This document shows positions 10,769 to 22,090 of a stretch of DNA of 64,000 nucleotides, one piece after another. The notes under the pieces were generated by a model. It was not told where the DNA came from, did no database searches, and saw only the letters and a list, made by a program, of their open reading frames with translations. The position numbers and the translations under genes are program-made. Position 1 is the first letter of the stretch, and every line of letters starts with the position of its first letter. This stretch comes from an uncultured Candidatus Binatia bacterium (GTDB lineage: Bacteria > Desulfobacterota > Binatia > Bin18). Location: contig OZ243961.1 of the NCBI GenBank assembly GCA_965214605.1, forward strand, positions 1,536,001 through 1,600,000, read 5' to 3'.

Positions 10769-12475
10769 TCAGGCAAACATCATTTCGTGCATGGCACTGC
10801 CGGCCGGCACCATAGGGAAGACTCCCTCGGCTGTTGGGATTACCGTATCGACCAAAACCGGCCCGGGCTCGGCAAAGGCCGTCCGCAGGGTCGCAGACAG
10901 ATCGGCCGAGCGTTCGACCCGGAATCCTTTGGCCCCATAGGCATCGGCAAGTTTCACAAAATCGGGCATGGCGTCCATGTACGAGTGGGAGTAGCGCTCT
11001 TCGTAAAACTTCTCCTGCCACTGGCGGACCATGCCCAGATGGTGGTTGTTCATAATCACAACTTTGACCGGCACGTGGTACTGCACGGCGGTTGACAGTT
11101 CTTGGATGTTCATCTGAATACTGCCGTCGCCACTAATAACGACGATCTCGCGCTCGGGCGCGGCAAAATGCGCCCCAATGCCGGCTGGTAGACCGTAACC
11201 CATGGTCCCCAAGCCACCAGAGGTGAGCCACGAGCGGGGATATTTAAACGGCATCATTTGGGCCGTCCACATCTGGTGTTGGCCAACATCGGTGACAATC
11301 ACCGCCTCACCACGGGTCAGTTCGGCAATACCGTCAATGACCTGACGCGGTTTGATATCGCCGTTAGGGTCGTGTGTCTGGTACGGCAGCGGTTTTTCCG
11401 CTTTCCAGTCCATGATCTGTTGGTACCATGCGGCCCAGGCCTGTTGGCGGGAAGCCAAGTTCTCCTGGCTTTTGACCTTTTTGAGCATGGACTTGAGAAC
11501 CGTCTTGATATCGCCCACGATCGGCACGTCAACCTTAATGTTTTTGCTGATCGACGACGGATCAATATCAATATGGATGATCGTCTTAGCGTTTGGCGCA
11601 AAGTCCGCGACCCGACCCGTCACCCGGTCGTCAAAGCGGGCACCGACGGCAATCAGCACATCACAGTGATATACGGCCATATTGGTCCAATAGCCGCCGT
11701 GCATGCCGAGCATACCAAGGTGGAGCGGATCGTCGGTCGGGATTGTGCCTAGAGCCATGACCGTTGGGGTGAGCGGGATTTTGAGGCCATGAACAAGCTC
11801 GGTGAGTTCCGGCGCGGCCCCGGACCACTGTACCCCGCCACCCACATAAAAGAGCGGGCGCTCAGCCCCCTCAATCGCCTCCAGAGCCTTTTCAATTTGA
11901 CGCTCGTTGCCCTTGAGCGTTGGCTTATAGCCCCGGATATCCACCCGGTTGGGATACACAAATGGCGCCTCACCGGTCTGGATGTCCTTGGGTAAATCGA
12001 CTAGCACGGGTCCGGGACGGCCTGTGCCGGCAATATAAAAGGCTTCTTTCATCACCCGAGCGATATCTTTGACATCGCGGACGAGGTAGTTGTGTTTGGT
12101 GCACGGCCGGGTAATACCGGTCACATCGGCCTCCTGAAATGCGTCGTTGCCCAGCATGTTGCTCGCCACCTGACCAGAGAGAACAACCATGGGTGTTGAG
12201 TCCATGTAGGCATCGGCAATGCCGGTGACTGTGTTAGTCGCGCCTGGACCAGACGTGACTAGGACAACGCCGGGCCGCCCGGATACTCGCGCATAACCCT
12301 CGGCCATATGCGACGCGCCCTGTTCATGACGGACTAGGACATGGCGCAACTGAGGGTTTTGGACCAAGGCGTCATAGGTCGGGAGAATCGCGCCACCAGG
12401 ATAACCAAAGATGGTATCGACGCCCTCGGCCAACAGACTTTCAATAACGATTTGTGCACCACTCAGCTTCTTCAT
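10769..12475 (-). CDS. ilvB: Acetolactate synthase large subunit
   Basis: FGYPGGAIL, RHEQGA, TSGPGATN, TPP motif GDGSIQMN...NN. Confidence 0.96.
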   Translation of the reverse strand: MKKLSGAQIVIESLLAEGVDTIFGYPGGAILPTYDALVQNPQLRHVLVRHEQGASHMAEGYARVSGRPGVVLVTSGPGATNTVTGIADAYMDSTPMVVLSGQVASNMLGNDAFQEADVTGITRPCTKHNYLVRDVKDIARVMKEAFYIAGTGRPGPVLVDLPKDIQTGEAPFVYPNRVDIRGYKPTLKGNERQIEKALEAIEGAERPLFYVGGGVQWSGAAPELTELVHGLKIPLTPTVMALGTIPTDDPLHLGMLGMHGGYWTNMAVYHCDVLIAVGARFDDRVTGRVADFAPNAKTIIHIDIDPSSISKNIKVDVPIVGDIKTVLKSMLKKVKSQENLASRQQAWAAWYQQIMDWKAEKPLPYQTHDPNGDIKPRQVIDGIAELTRGEAVIVTDVGQHQMWTAQMMPFKYPRSWLTSGGLGTMGYGLPAGIGAHFAAPEREIVVISGDGSIQMNIQELSTAVQYHVPVKVVIMNNHHLGMVRQWQEKFYEERYSHSYMDAMPDFVKLADAYGAKGFRVERSADLSATLRTAFAEPGPVLVDTVIPTAEGVFPMVPAGSAMHEMMFA

Positions 12476-12568
12476 ACCCGAATACTCCACCTAACACATT
12501 CAGTGTCCTCAGAATCATATAAGCTATGAATAAAAAAGGCAAGAAAGCCAAATTTTCTGAATTTTCTC

Positions 12569-12610
12569 TTGACATAAAGCGCTTTTATTCATTATTTATT
12601 AGGAATCCTA
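12569..12610 (+). promoter_or_regulatory. Divergent ilvB/lrp control region with -35 TTGACA and palindromes
   Basis: TTGACA 12569-12574; palindrome AAAGCGCTTT 12576-12585; TAGGA-A-TCCTA 12600-12610; AT-rich; -10 box weak. Confidence 0.5.
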
Positions 12611-12649
12611 TTGAAAATCCCTTATATATAGAGGGAGAAGGTCCGTCAC

Positions 12650-13180
12650 ATGAGCCTCGATAGTCTTGACCGGCATATTCTCTCCCTGCTCCAGGAAAAC
12701 TGTAAACTCTCTCTGAACAAGATTGGAGAGCGAATCGGGCTATCCGCCCCCTCGGTAGTTGAACGGATCAAAAAACTCGAAGAGAGCGGCGTTATTCGGG
12801 GCTATACCGCAGTGCTCGACGCCCGCAAGCTGGGCAAAGATATTACCGCCTTTATCGGTGTCTCAATTCATCATCCGAAACTGATCCAGACCTTTGAGAG
12901 AGACATTGATCGCTTTGAGGAGGTCCAGGAGTGTCACCACGTCACCGGTGAGTACACCCTGCTACTCAAGGTCAAAACCGATAACACGTCAGGCCTCGAA
13001 GAGCTGCTCCGCCAGATTCGTTCCATTGACGGAGTCGCCCGGACCGAGACCTCGGTCGTGCTGTCAACCCATACCGAAGGGCTGTGGTTGAATCTCAAAC
13101 AGGAAGCCCTGGTGTCTAGGTCACGCCTCAAAGGCCCGCCTGAATCGCTTGTGTCCTTACGCACCAGAAGAGGAGGCTAA
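12650..13180 (+). CDS. Lrp/AsnC family transcriptional regulator
   Basis: [15 protein letters not shown]...[23 protein letters not shown]...ECHHVTGEY. Confidence 0.95.
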   Translation: MSLDSLDRHILSLLQENCKLSLNKIGERIGLSAPSVVERIKKLEESGVIRGYTAVLDARKLGKDITAFIGVSIHHPKLIQTFERDIDRFEEVQECHHVTGEYTLLLKVKTDNTSGLEELLRQIRSIDGVARTETSVVLSTHTEGLWLNLKQEALVSRSRLKGPPESLVSLRTRRGG

Positions 13181-13182
13181 AC

Positions 13183-16100
13183 ATGCCACGTCACAACCAT
13201 CCTGGTATTCCTGCCAAGCAAGGGCTGTATGACCCAACGTTTGAACATGATGCGTGCGGCATTGGTTTTGTGGTCAATATTAAGGGTAAGAAATCCCACC
13301 AACTCGTCGAGCAGGCTCTGACTGTCCTGCAGAACCTCGACCATCGTGGGGCATGTGGATGTGAGGAAAACACCGGCGATGGGGCCGGGGTGTTGATGCA
13401 GGTGCCGCATGGATTTTTGCAGGCGGTGTGCGCCGAGACGGGCGTTCAGCTGCCTGCACCGGGCCAGTACGGGGTGGGGATGATTTTTTTGCCGCCGGAC
13501 GCCGAGCAACGCCGAACGTGTGAGCAACACTTTGAGGCGATTGTACGGTCCGAGGGGCAGACTGTCCTGGGCTGGCGGGATGTGCCAACCGATGATAGGA
13601 GCCTAGGCAAGACGGCCAGGGCGTGTGAGCCGTTTATTCGCCAGATTTTTATCGGCCGCAGTCCCAAGCTCGCGGATGACATGGATTTTGAGCGCAAGCT
13701 CTACGTCATCCGTCGTCAGATCACCAATGCGATTCGGTATAGCGATGTCCCAGGTGGAGAATTTTTCTACGTTCCCAGCCTGTCGTGCAAAACCTTGATC
13801 TACAAAGGAATGCTCACCCCGCACCAGGTCTCCGTCTTTTATCCCGACCTGACTGACCCGCGTGTGGAAACGGCGATTTGTCTGGTCCACTCGCGTTTTA
13901 GCACCAACACGTTTCCCAGCTGGGAGCGTTCGCACCCATATCGCTATATCATTCATAATGGAGAAATTAATACCCTGCGCGGCAATGAAAACTGGATGCA
14001 CGCCCGGCAGTCGATGCTGGCAACCGAGTTGTTTGGTGCTGATCTCCCTAAAATTTTTCCGATCATCTTGGAGGACGGTAGCGATTCGGCCAAGTTCGAC
14101 AACTGTCTAGAGTTCTTGGCCCTGAGCGGCCGTTCGCTAGCCCATGCGATGATGATGATGATCCCCGAACCGTGGGAAAATCATGACAGCATGGACCCCG
14201 CCAAGCGGGCCTTTTACGAATACCACAGCAGCCTCATGGAACCCTGGGACGGTCCGGCATCAATTGCGTTTACCGATGGCCTGCGCGTCGGAGCTGTTCT
14301 CGACCGTAACGGACTGCGGCCGTCGCGCTACTATGTCACCAAGGATGATCTGGTGATTATGGCCTCGGAAGTCGGCGTGCTGGAAGTCGAACCCGATCGG
14401 GTGCTGGAAAAGCGCCGTTTACAGCCAGGCCGAATGTTCCTAGTTGATACTGAGCAGGGCCGCATCATCAGCGATGAAGAGCTCAAGCAGCAAATTGCTA
14501 CCGAGTACCCCTACCAGGACTGGCTGGACGCCAACCTAGTCCATTTTGATGATCTGCCAGCGCTGGAAGACCCCCAACCCGCCTCCGATCATGAGGCTAG
14601 CTTGCAACGTCTCCAGGCGTTTGGCTACAGCTTTGAAGATCTACGCATTAACATTGGCCCCATGGCTGTTAACGGCATTCAGCCCGTCGGCTCAATGGGA
14701 ACGGACACGCCGCTAGCCGTCTTATCCGACAAACCGCAGCTGCTATACAACTATTTTAAGCAGCTCTTCGCCCAGGTGACCAACCCGCCGATTGATCCGA
14801 TTCGGGAAGAGCTCATCACCTCAACAACTCTCACTCTGGGTTCGGAGGGCAATTTGGTCGACCCACAGCCAGGCAGCTGCCGACAGCTGCGCCTGTCAAC
14901 TCCGATCCTGAGTAATGCTGAGCTGGAAAAACTGCGTCGCCTTGCCCTAGCCGGCCTGAGCGTCACAACGCTGCCCATCCTATTTACGCCCGGTAGTGGG
15001 AAAGCCGGTCTCGAACAGGCGATGGAAGCGCTATATCGAGCAGCCGATCAGGCCATTGCCAACGGAGCAACGATTCTCATCCTGTCCGATAAAGGCGTTG
15101 ATCGTCACCACACCCCCATCCCGGCGCTCTTGGCCTCGTCCGGTCTCCACCATCACCTGATCCGGACCGGAACACGGACCCGGATCAGCCTAGTTTTGGA
15201 GTCTGGCGAGCCGCGTGAGGTCCACCACTTCTGCCTCCTGCTCGGCTACGGCATTCAGGCCTTTAATCCGTATATGGTTTACGAATGCCTGAGCGATATG
15301 ATTGGCCAGGGCATGCTGCAGAACATCAGCTATGACAAGGCAGTGGCCGGATATAAAAAAGCCGTGGTCAAAGGGGTGGTCAAAGTCATGTCAAAGATGG
15401 GGATTTCGACCATCAAGTCCTACTGCGGAGCCCAGATCTTTGAGGCTGTGGGTCTAGGCCAAGAGCTGATCGACCGGTATTTTACCTGGACACCGTCCCG
15501 GGTAGGCGGGACTGGCCTAGAGGCTGTGGCCGAGGAGACTGAACGCCAACACGCTAAAGCGTTTCCCGAGATTCCAGTCAACGGTCGAACCCTTGAGGTC
15601 TACGGTCAGTATCAGTACCGCAAGGACGGCGAACTCCATCTGTTCAATCCGCGCACAATCCATCTGCTGCAGAAAGCCTGCCGCAATAATGATTATGCCA
15701 CGTTCAAGGAGTACTCCGGCCTGATTGACGGCCAGTCCCAACGGTTGGCCACGCTGCGCGGTTTGTTGGACTTCAAGTATGCCGCTGAACCAATCCCGAT
15801 CGATGAAGTCGAACCGGTCGAAGTCATTACCAAGCGGTTTAAAACCGGCGCCATGTCGTACGGTTCGATCAGTAAAGAAGCTCACGAAGCCCTGGCCATC
15901 GCTATGAACCGGATCGGCGGCAAGAGCAACACGGGGGAAGGCGGGGAGGATCCAGCGCGCTACATACCCGACCCCAACGGCGACTCGCGCAATAGCGCAA
16001 TTAAGCAGGTCGCATCGGGGCGTTTTGGCGTGACCAGCTATTATCTGACCCAGGCGAAAGAACTCCAGATCAAGATGGCACAGGGAGCAAAACCGGGCGA

Positions 16101-17790
16101 AGGCGGAGAGCTGCCGGGGCGTAAGGTCTACCCCTGGATTGCCAAAGTCCGGCTATCCACGCCTGGCGTAGGACTCATCTCACCACCGCCCCACCATGAT
16201 ATTTATTCGATTGAAGATTTGGCTCAGCTGATTCATGACCTGAAGAACTCCAACCACCACGCCCGGATCTGCGTCAAGCTCGTCTCGGAAGTCGGAGTTG
16301 GCACGATCGCGGCCGGCGTGGCCAAGGGCCATGCCGATGTGGTGTTGATTAGCGGCCATGACGGTGGCACCGGCGCCTCGCCCCAGACCAGTATTAAACA
16401 CGCCGGTCTCCCCTGGGAACTAGGAGTGGCCGAGACCCATCAGACGCTGGTACTGAATGACCTGCGTAGCCGCATTGTGGTTGAAACCGACGGCCAGCTC
16501 AAAACCGGCCGGGACGTGATAATCGCCGCTCTGCTCGGTGCAGAAGAGTACGGCTTTGCCACCACCGCCCTCGTCACCCTGGGCTGTATCATGATGCGGG
16601 TGTGTCACCTCGACACCTGCCCCGTTGGTGTGGCCACCCAAAACCCGGCCCTGCGTAAAAAGTTTATGGGCGACCCGGCCTATGCGGTGAACTTCATGCG
16701 CTTCATCGCTCAGGAAATGCGCGAGCTGATGGCCCAGCTCGGCTTCCGCACCGTGAATGAAATGATCGGCCGAACTGATCGGCTTGAGGTCAGACGCGCG
16801 GTTGAGCACTGGAAGGCTAAGGGGCTGGACTATTCGGCCATTCTCTATCAACCGGAAGTTGACCCGGAGGTCGGCCGTTATTGTCAGATTGACCAGAACC
16901 ACGGTCTTGACAAAGCGCTCGACAACACCACTCTGCTCAAACTCGCGGCTCCGACTCTGGAACGTCGCGAAAAAGTCAAACATACGCTGCAGATCAACAA
17001 CACCGACCGGGTGGCAGGGACGATTCTGGGCAGTGAGCTGACACGACAGTTTGGCCCTCAGGGCCTACCCGAAGATCACATCCACTTCCACCTGCAAGGT
17101 TCGGCCGGCCAGAGCTTTGGGGCGTTTGTTCCGCCCGGCATGACCCTAGAGCTCGAGGGGGACGCCAATGATTATTTTGGCAAGGGTTTGTCAGGTGGAA
17201 AAATCATCACCTACCCGCCCCGCGGCTCGACATTTCGACCCGAAGAGAACATTATCATCGGCAACGTCGCCTTCTATGGTGCTACTAGAGGCGAAGCCTA
17301 TATCCAGGGTATGGCAGGCGAGCGCTTCTGCGTCCGTAATAGCGGCGTACACGCCGTTGTCGAGGGCGTCGGCGATCACGGCTGTGAGTATATGACCGGC
17401 GGCCGGGTTGTTGTGCTGGGCAAGACCGGACGGAACTTCGGGGCTGGCATGTCGGGAGGCATCGCCTACATCTATGACGAGGCGGGTGATTTTCCTACCC
17501 ACTGCAACCTGGAGACCGTTTCCCTCCAGCTCCCCAGCGCCGATGATCTGCAGGAGATCGAAGCGATGCTTCAACGCCACGCCAGCTACACCCACAGTGA
17601 ACAAGCCCTGCAGGTGTTGGCAACATGGACCACCACGTCCGCAAAGTTTGTGAAAGTCATGCCTAAAGACTACCAGCGTATGCTCGCAGCCGTCCAGCGG
17701 GCCGAGCAGGAGGGGCTGGCCGGTGAAGATGCAGTGATGGCTGCCTTTGAGGCGAATAAGAATGACGCCGCCCGGGTAAGCGGAAATTAA
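13183..17790 (+). CDS. gltB: Glutamate synthase large subunit
   Basis: 1535 aa; [45 protein letters not shown]. Confidence 0.98.
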   Translation: MPRHNHPGIPAKQGLYDPTFEHDACGIGFVVNIKGKKSHQLVEQALTVLQNLDHRGACGCEENTGDGAGVLMQVPHGFLQAVCAETGVQLPAPGQYGVGMIFLPPDAEQRRTCEQHFEAIVRSEGQTVLGWRDVPTDDRSLGKTARACEPFIRQIFIGRSPKLADDMDFERKLYVIRRQITNAIRYSDVPGGEFFYVPSLSCKTLIYKGMLTPHQVSVFYPDLTDPRVETAICLVHSRFSTNTFPSWERSHPYRYIIHNGEINTLRGNENWMHARQSMLATELFGADLPKIFPIILEDGSDSAKFDNCLEFLALSGRSLAHAMMMMIPEPWENHDSMDPAKRAFYEYHSSLMEPWDGPASIAFTDGLRVGAVLDRNGLRPSRYYVTKDDLVIMASEVGVLEVEPDRVLEKRRLQPGRMFLVDTEQGRIISDEELKQQIATEYPYQDWLDANLVHFDDLPALEDPQPASDHEASLQRLQAFGYSFEDLRINIGPMAVNGIQPVGSMGTDTPLAVLSDKPQLLYNYFKQLFAQVTNPPIDPIREELITSTTLTLGSEGNLVDPQPGSCRQLRLSTPILSNAELEKLRRLALAGLSVTTLPILFTPGSGKAGLEQAMEALYRAADQAIANGATILILSDKGVDRHHTPIPALLASSGLHHHLIRTGTRTRISLVLESGEPREVHHFCLLLGYGIQAFNPYMVYECLSDMIGQGMLQNISYDKAVAGYKKAVVKGVVKVMSKMGISTIKSYCGAQIFEAVGLGQELIDRYFTWTPSRVGGTGLEAVAEETERQHAKAFPEIPVNGRTLEVYGQYQYRKDGELHLFNPRTIHLLQKACRNNDYATFKEYSGLIDGQSQRLATLRGLLDFKYAAEPIPIDEVEPVEVITKRFKTGAMSYGSISKEAHEALAIAMNRIGGKSNTGEGGEDPARYIPDPNGDSRNSAIKQVASGRFGVTSYYLTQAKELQIKMAQGAKPGEGGELPGRKVYPWIAKVRLSTPGVGLISPPPHHDIYSIEDLAQLIHDLKNSNHHARICVKLVSEVGVGTIAAGVAKGHADVVLISGHDGGTGASPQTSIKHAGLPWELGVAETHQTLVLNDLRSRIVVETDGQLKTGRDVIIAALLGAEEYGFATTALVTLGCIMMRVCHLDTCPVGVATQNPALRKKFMGDPAYAVNFMRFIAQEMRELMAQLGFRTVNEMIGRTDRLEVRRAVEHWKAKGLDYSAILYQPEVDPEVGRYCQIDQNHGLDKALDNTTLLKLAAPTLERREKVKHTLQINNTDRVAGTILGSELTRQFGPQGLPEDHIHFHLQGSAGQSFGAFVPPGMTLELEGDANDYFGKGLSGGKIITYPPRGSTFRPEENIIIGNVAFYGATRGEAYIQGMAGERFCVRNSGVHAVVEGVGDHGCEYMTGGRVVVLGKTGRNFGAGMSGGIAYIYDEAGDFPTHCNLETVSLQLPSADDLQEIEAMLQRHASYTHSEQALQVLATWTTTSAKFVKVMPKDYQRMLAAVQRAEQEGLAGEDAVMAAFEANKNDAARVSGN

Positions 17791-17827
17791 AGGCGACACA
17801 CTGAGATCAAAGGAGCAGATTACCACC

Positions 17828-19312
17828 ATGGGTAAGCCAACCGGATTTATGGAATTTCAGCGTGAACTGCCACCTGACCGCTCCGCCTTAGAACGGATAA
17901 ATGACTGGCAGGAGTTTCACCAACACCTGCCCGTGGACAAACTCCAGGAACAGGGCGGACGCTGCATGGACTGCGGCATTCCCTTCTGCCACACCGGAAC
18001 CCTGATCAGTGGTATGGCCTCCGGCTGTCCGCTGAATAACCTCATCCCCGAATGGAACGACTTGGTCTACCGTGGCCTGTGGAAAGAGGCCCTAGAGCGT
18101 TTGCATAAGACGAACAATTTTCCGGAGTTCACCGGTCGAGTGTGCCCGGCTCCGTGCGAGGGTTCATGTGTGTTGGGTATTACCAATCCTCCGGTTACGA
18201 TCAAAAATATCGAGTGTTCGATTGTTGACCGGGGCTTTGCCGAGGGCTGGATTATCCCAGAGGCTCCGGCTAAACGCAGCGGCAAAAAAGTGGCCGTAGT
18301 CGGCTCTGGTCCAGCCGGGCTGGCGTGTGCAGCCCAGCTCAACCGGGCCGGTCATCGGGTGACCGTCTATGAGCGGGCAGACCGAATTGGTGGCTTGCTG
18401 ATGTACGGTATCCCCAACATGAAGCTGAATAAGAGCCTGGTCCAGCGCCGGGTTGACCAGCTTGTCGAGGAAGGAGTGCAGTTTGTCACCAGTACCGCTG
18501 TTGGCAAGGACGTGTCGGCTGTCCAGTTGCGTGAGGAGTTCGATGCCATGGTCTTGTGCTGCGGCGCAACCAAACCCCGTGATTTCCCGATCGAGGGTCG
18601 AGCTCTCAAGGGGATTCACTTTGCCATGGAGTTTCTTCACGCCAACACCAAAAGTCTACTCGACTCCAGCCACACCGACGGTGAGTACATCTCGGCCACC
18701 GATAAGCATGTGATTGTCATTGGCGGCGGCGATACCGGTACCGACTGTGTCGGTACCTCCCTGCGTCACCAATGCAAAAGCCTGACTCAGTTTGAAATCT
18801 TGCCCCGTCCCCCGGCAGAACGCCAAGCCGACAACCCGTGGCCGGAATGGCCCAGAATCTTGCGCGTCGATTATGGACAAGAAGAGGCTCAGGCCCGGTT
18901 TGGTGCCGACCCGCGGGTGTTCTTAATCCAAACCGAAAGGTTTGTCGGTGATGAAAACGGACGGGTGAAGGAACTCCATACCATTCAGATCGAGTGGAGC
19001 AAGAACGAAAACGGCGCCTTCATTCCCAAAAATGTTCCCGGTACCGAAAAGGTCTGGCCGGCCGACCTGGTGCTCTTAGCCATGGGCTTTTTGGGACCGG
19101 AAGACCCTATCCTGGAAGAGCTTGGCGTGGATCGTGATGGCCGCTCAAACGTAAACGCCGAGTACGGCAAATATGCAACCAGTGTCGAGGGAGTGTTTGC
19201 AGCCGGTGACGTGCGACGCGGCCAAAGCCTAGTTGTGTGGGCACTCCACGAGGGGCGCAGCGCCGCGCGAGAGTGCGACCGCTATCTGATGGGCAGTACC
19301 AATTTACCCTAG
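17828..19312 (+). CDS. gltD: Glutamate synthase small subunit
   Basis: [32 protein letters not shown]. Confidence 0.97.
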   Translation: MGKPTGFMEFQRELPPDRSALERINDWQEFHQHLPVDKLQEQGGRCMDCGIPFCHTGTLISGMASGCPLNNLIPEWNDLVYRGLWKEALERLHKTNNFPEFTGRVCPAPCEGSCVLGITNPPVTIKNIECSIVDRGFAEGWIIPEAPAKRSGKKVAVVGSGPAGLACAAQLNRAGHRVTVYERADRIGGLLMYGIPNMKLNKSLVQRRVDQLVEEGVQFVTSTAVGKDVSAVQLREEFDAMVLCCGATKPRDFPIEGRALKGIHFAMEFLHANTKSLLDSSHTDGEYISATDKHVIVIGGGDTGTDCVGTSLRHQCKSLTQFEILPRPPAERQADNPWPEWPRILRVDYGQEEAQARFGADPRVFLIQTERFVGDENGRVKELHTIQIEWSKNENGAFIPKNVPGTEKVWPADLVLLAMGFLGPEDPILEELGVDRDGRSNVNAEYGKYATSVEGVFAAGDVRRGQSLVVWALHEGRSAARECDRYLMGSTNLP

Positions 19313-19385
19313 CCCTCCTCTACTTGAGTCATCGCAGCGTATCGCGTACAAAAAAGGAACTCTTGAGACAGAAGGACGGTGGCCG

Positions 19386-19640
19386 ATGAAGCCAGTAAAA
19401 ATATACACCACCCTGTTTTGTCCCTACTGTACAGCGGCAAAATCTTTACTGACCAAAAAAGGGGTTCCGTTTGAAGAGATCGACGCGACTGGGAATCCAG
19501 ACTTACGCCAAAAGATCATGGAACGCTCCGGCCAGCACACGGTTCCTCAGATCTTTATTGATGAACGACCGGTCGGCGGCTTCTCTGAACTGAATGAACT
19601 AGAGATGTGCGGAGAGCTTGACGGGTTGTTGGCGGATTAA
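19386..19640 (+). CDS. grxC: Glutaredoxin 3
   Basis: CPYC active site, TVPQIFI, GG. Confidence 0.92.
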   Translation: MKPVKIYTTLFCPYCTAAKSLLTKKGVPFEEIDATGNPDLRQKIMERSGQHTVPQIFIDERPVGGFSELNELEMCGELDGLLAD

Positions 19641-19691
19641 AGCTCCAGCGACGCTCTCTTCGCTTTTTTGAAGGAAGAAGGAGGAAATAGT

Positions 19692-20000
19692 ATGGCACTA
19701 TATCTCGACGAAGTGTGGCTGAAAGACCCGAGTCCGGAACGGATGAAGGAATTTACCAAGCTTATTGGCGCCGCGGCCAAGAGCCCAGCCTCGGTTGGCG
19801 CACCTCAAGAGGTCCGTTTTGCCGGTGGCCCGTGGTTCTCGAATGAAGAGCCCAAGGTCATCTTTCTCGTAGACATTCCCGATCACACTCCGACCTTCCA
19901 GGTATTTGGCAAAATCGTTTCGAGCGGCTTGATTGAAAAGCGACGCCTGACCCCGATTGTGGAATGGAGTGAGGTGGAGAAGATGGTCGAGCAGTTGTAA
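19692..20000 (+). CDS. Hypothetical protein (102 aa)
   Basis: GGAGGA RBS, normal coding composition; function unknown. Confidence 0.75.
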   Translation: MALYLDEVWLKDPSPERMKEFTKLIGAAAKSPASVGAPQEVRFAGGPWFSNEEPKVIFLVDIPDHTPTFQVFGKIVSSGLIEKRRLTPIVEWSEVEKMVEQL

Positions 20001-20031
20001 ATTTTGGAGATAGGGGGAGGCTTTCTCATCT

Positions 20032-20040
20032 TGGTAGAAT
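20032..20040 (+). promoter_or_regulatory. Extended -10 promoter element TGgTAGAAT
   Basis: TGn plus TAGAAT upstream of the decayed ORF and the structured region B. Confidence 0.35.
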
Positions 20041-20069
20041 TCCGAGGATCCTATGGAGCGGAGAGCAGA

Positions 20070-20190
20070 ATGGAGACCCCAAGGGATACAAAGGAAACTG
20101 CGTAGATAGCGAAAAAGTGTCTCACCCATCTTTTCGCTGACGAAGAGAGTATCAATGTCAGCTTTGAAGAGGTTGAGTCAACTCACCCGC
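20070..20190 (+). pseudogene. Decayed small-gene remnant
   Basis: METPRDTKETA*IAKKCLTHLFADEESINVSFEEVE; in-frame TAG within protein-like sequence; RBS-like GGAG upstream. Confidence 0.35.
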
Positions 20191-20344
20191 CACATGAAAG
20201 GAGCCGCACGCCAAACCCCATCCCCGTACCCGGCGCCGACGCGATTACAGAGTCGCTGGGTGCAATTCGCCCACCTCATGCCGCCGGTGCAATATGGCCA
20301 CCGCCGACGCGCGTTTTTGTCGGAGGCCCTTGAGCTATCACGAG

Positions 20345-21012
20345 GTCCGTGCCCCTAGGGCGTAGCAGGGGCCTCAACCGAGGCCCGCGTCCCTTCATCT
20401 GGAGTAAGCTTGACCTACCTGAAGTAGTCCAGATGTGGTCTGTGGGCTGAGCGTTGACCGGAACGCGTGCAGAGAGCTCCCATTGACCGTCTGACGTAGG
20501 AAACGGTTGCGGTAGCTCATGCTGCTTAGTTTGGGTCCAGCCAATGCCGAGCCACGGATAGGGCGGCATTCAGAGAGGCAGAGTAGGCGTTCAGGAAGAC
20601 TTGGTGGCTACGAAAGTTGGATACGCGGGCCCGAAAGGCAGGGTGAGCCATTCACCCGCCTTGGTCTGAGTCGTCTCATTGCCTCAGGCCGCCGGCAGGG
20701 TTGAGGAATCATTGCTCTGCGGTACAAGATCTCAAAGCGCGGCCCAGCATCCAGGTCGTAGCGGACGCTGACCGCCTGGCAAAACCGATGCTGAGATAAA
20801 AATTGGTAGCGGACCCAGGACCATGCAACGGGCGTCTTACGGAACCTGGCTTGGGTCGGCCTACAGCAGGGTATCGCACCAAGGCGGGTGGCTGATGCCC
20901 GACAGCAAGGAATCCGCAGACAGGGCATTGGTCAGGCCCCAGTTCAGCCCCAAGATAGAAACCACGGCAGTCGCCTTCAGCCTGTGCGACAGATGCTTAG
21001 CTTTGCCGTTTC
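20345..21012 (+). ncRNA. Candidate large multi-domain structured ncRNA, family unassigned (region B)
   Basis: Perfect long-range helices 20382-20390/20623-20631 (9 bp) and 20653-20665/20878-20890 (13 bp) enclose nested hairpins; GAAA/GGAA loops; G.U pairs indicate the + strand; no credible CDS. Confidence 0.55.
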
Positions 21013-21043
21013 ACCCATCTCTTGTCTTTTCCCACCCTTCTTA

Positions 21044-21925
21044 TCAGGCTGAGCAGACCTCACAGCTGTTCTGCTCAGCCAGCCAGCGGTCTTCTTCCGA
21101 CTGATACTGTGGCGTGCTGTAGCGCTCAGTGCGCGTGTCGCCGTCGTTTGAAGCGGTCTCTTTCCAGCCGTCACCCTGCGACCAGAGAAAGGGAAGGATC
21201 TTGATGCTGCCTGGCGTGACCAGAGAAGTAAAGCCGTCCAGCGCTTGGAGTAGAATGGCACGCTGGAGTGCCGGCTGATGCGGCTCGCCACTGGTATGTC
21301 CCAAGGGAAAATCCAGAAAGGCGGCCCGCGGTGGGTTTACCGCATGCATGATGTCTAGGGCGCTGCCCATGCTGAGCGTCGAGATACCGGCAGCCTCGGC
21401 GTTCCGGGCGATCAGTCCCACGGACTGATGACACACTGGTCAAACTGGGACTAAAAGCGTGGCATCGACTTTTTCTGCTCGCAGGCACTCAGTCAGCCGC
21501 GGAGCCAGCTCGTCACGCACCCGCCGCGACGAATAAATACCACCCATAAACGTATAGGCATGGGCGGCCAGCTCCCCGATCACACCTTCTTTGACCAGCC
21601 CTCGCAGGGCGTCAATGGGAAAAACCACGTTGGGATCTTTGCGGGCATCGGTTTGGTCATAGGCAAAGTGTGCGGTACGCAGATCATTGGTATCCACGTC
21701 GGTAGGGATTGCCCGGAACGAGAGGTCGTCTTTGAAGTGAAAGGCGACCTGGCCCTTCATGTACAGTCCACCGGAAGCGATCAAACCCAGACGGCATTCG
21801 GACAGTGGCTTCCGCAGTGGTGTCCATGGCGGAGTGTCGGGGTTGTGGACCCATTTATATGGCTTATAGCCGAGCTTGGCATAATTGTTAGTAATACGGG
21901 TGATGTAATCGACCGTTTGCGGCAT
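21044..21925 (-). CDS. Selenoprotein of the PrdB/GrdB (selenoprotein B) family; UGA at 21440-21442 read as Sec
   Basis: The two track ORFs are in frame: ...LLVPV-U-PVCHQSVGLIAR (UxxC); SECIS hairpin follows; GGAGGA RBS before ATG 21925; 293 aa. Confidence 0.88.
21411..21429 (-). promoter_or_regulatory. Bacterial SECIS element
   Basis: mRNA reads UGA-CCAGUGUGUC-AUCAGUCC-GUG-GGACUGAU: perfect 8-bp stem, G-containing apical loop 18 nt after the UGA. Confidence 0.8.
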
Positions 21926-22090
21926 GGCTTCCTCCAGGAAACTTAACTTGACGATTTTTTCGCTAGAATGCAACAGGAGACGCGGTTCAAGAACGCATTG
22001 CGTCTTTGGTCTGCAAGCTTGCACGGCAACTGATAACCGGCTAGGCTCCCCAGCGTCTGGTAGACAACGCTGATCAGGAAGGGAATACAC

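Noticed and set aside
20176-20460. GTCAAC...GTTGAC resembling an IS200/IS605 omegaRNA (HEARO) end
   Set aside because: The arms are ~275 nt apart, there is no adjacent iscB/tnpB, and other omegaRNA motifs were not seen
20930-20952. Minus-strand GGGGCTGA as a tmRNA 5' end
   Set aside because: No matching T-arm/CCA 3' end or tag peptide; G.U pairs favour the + strand
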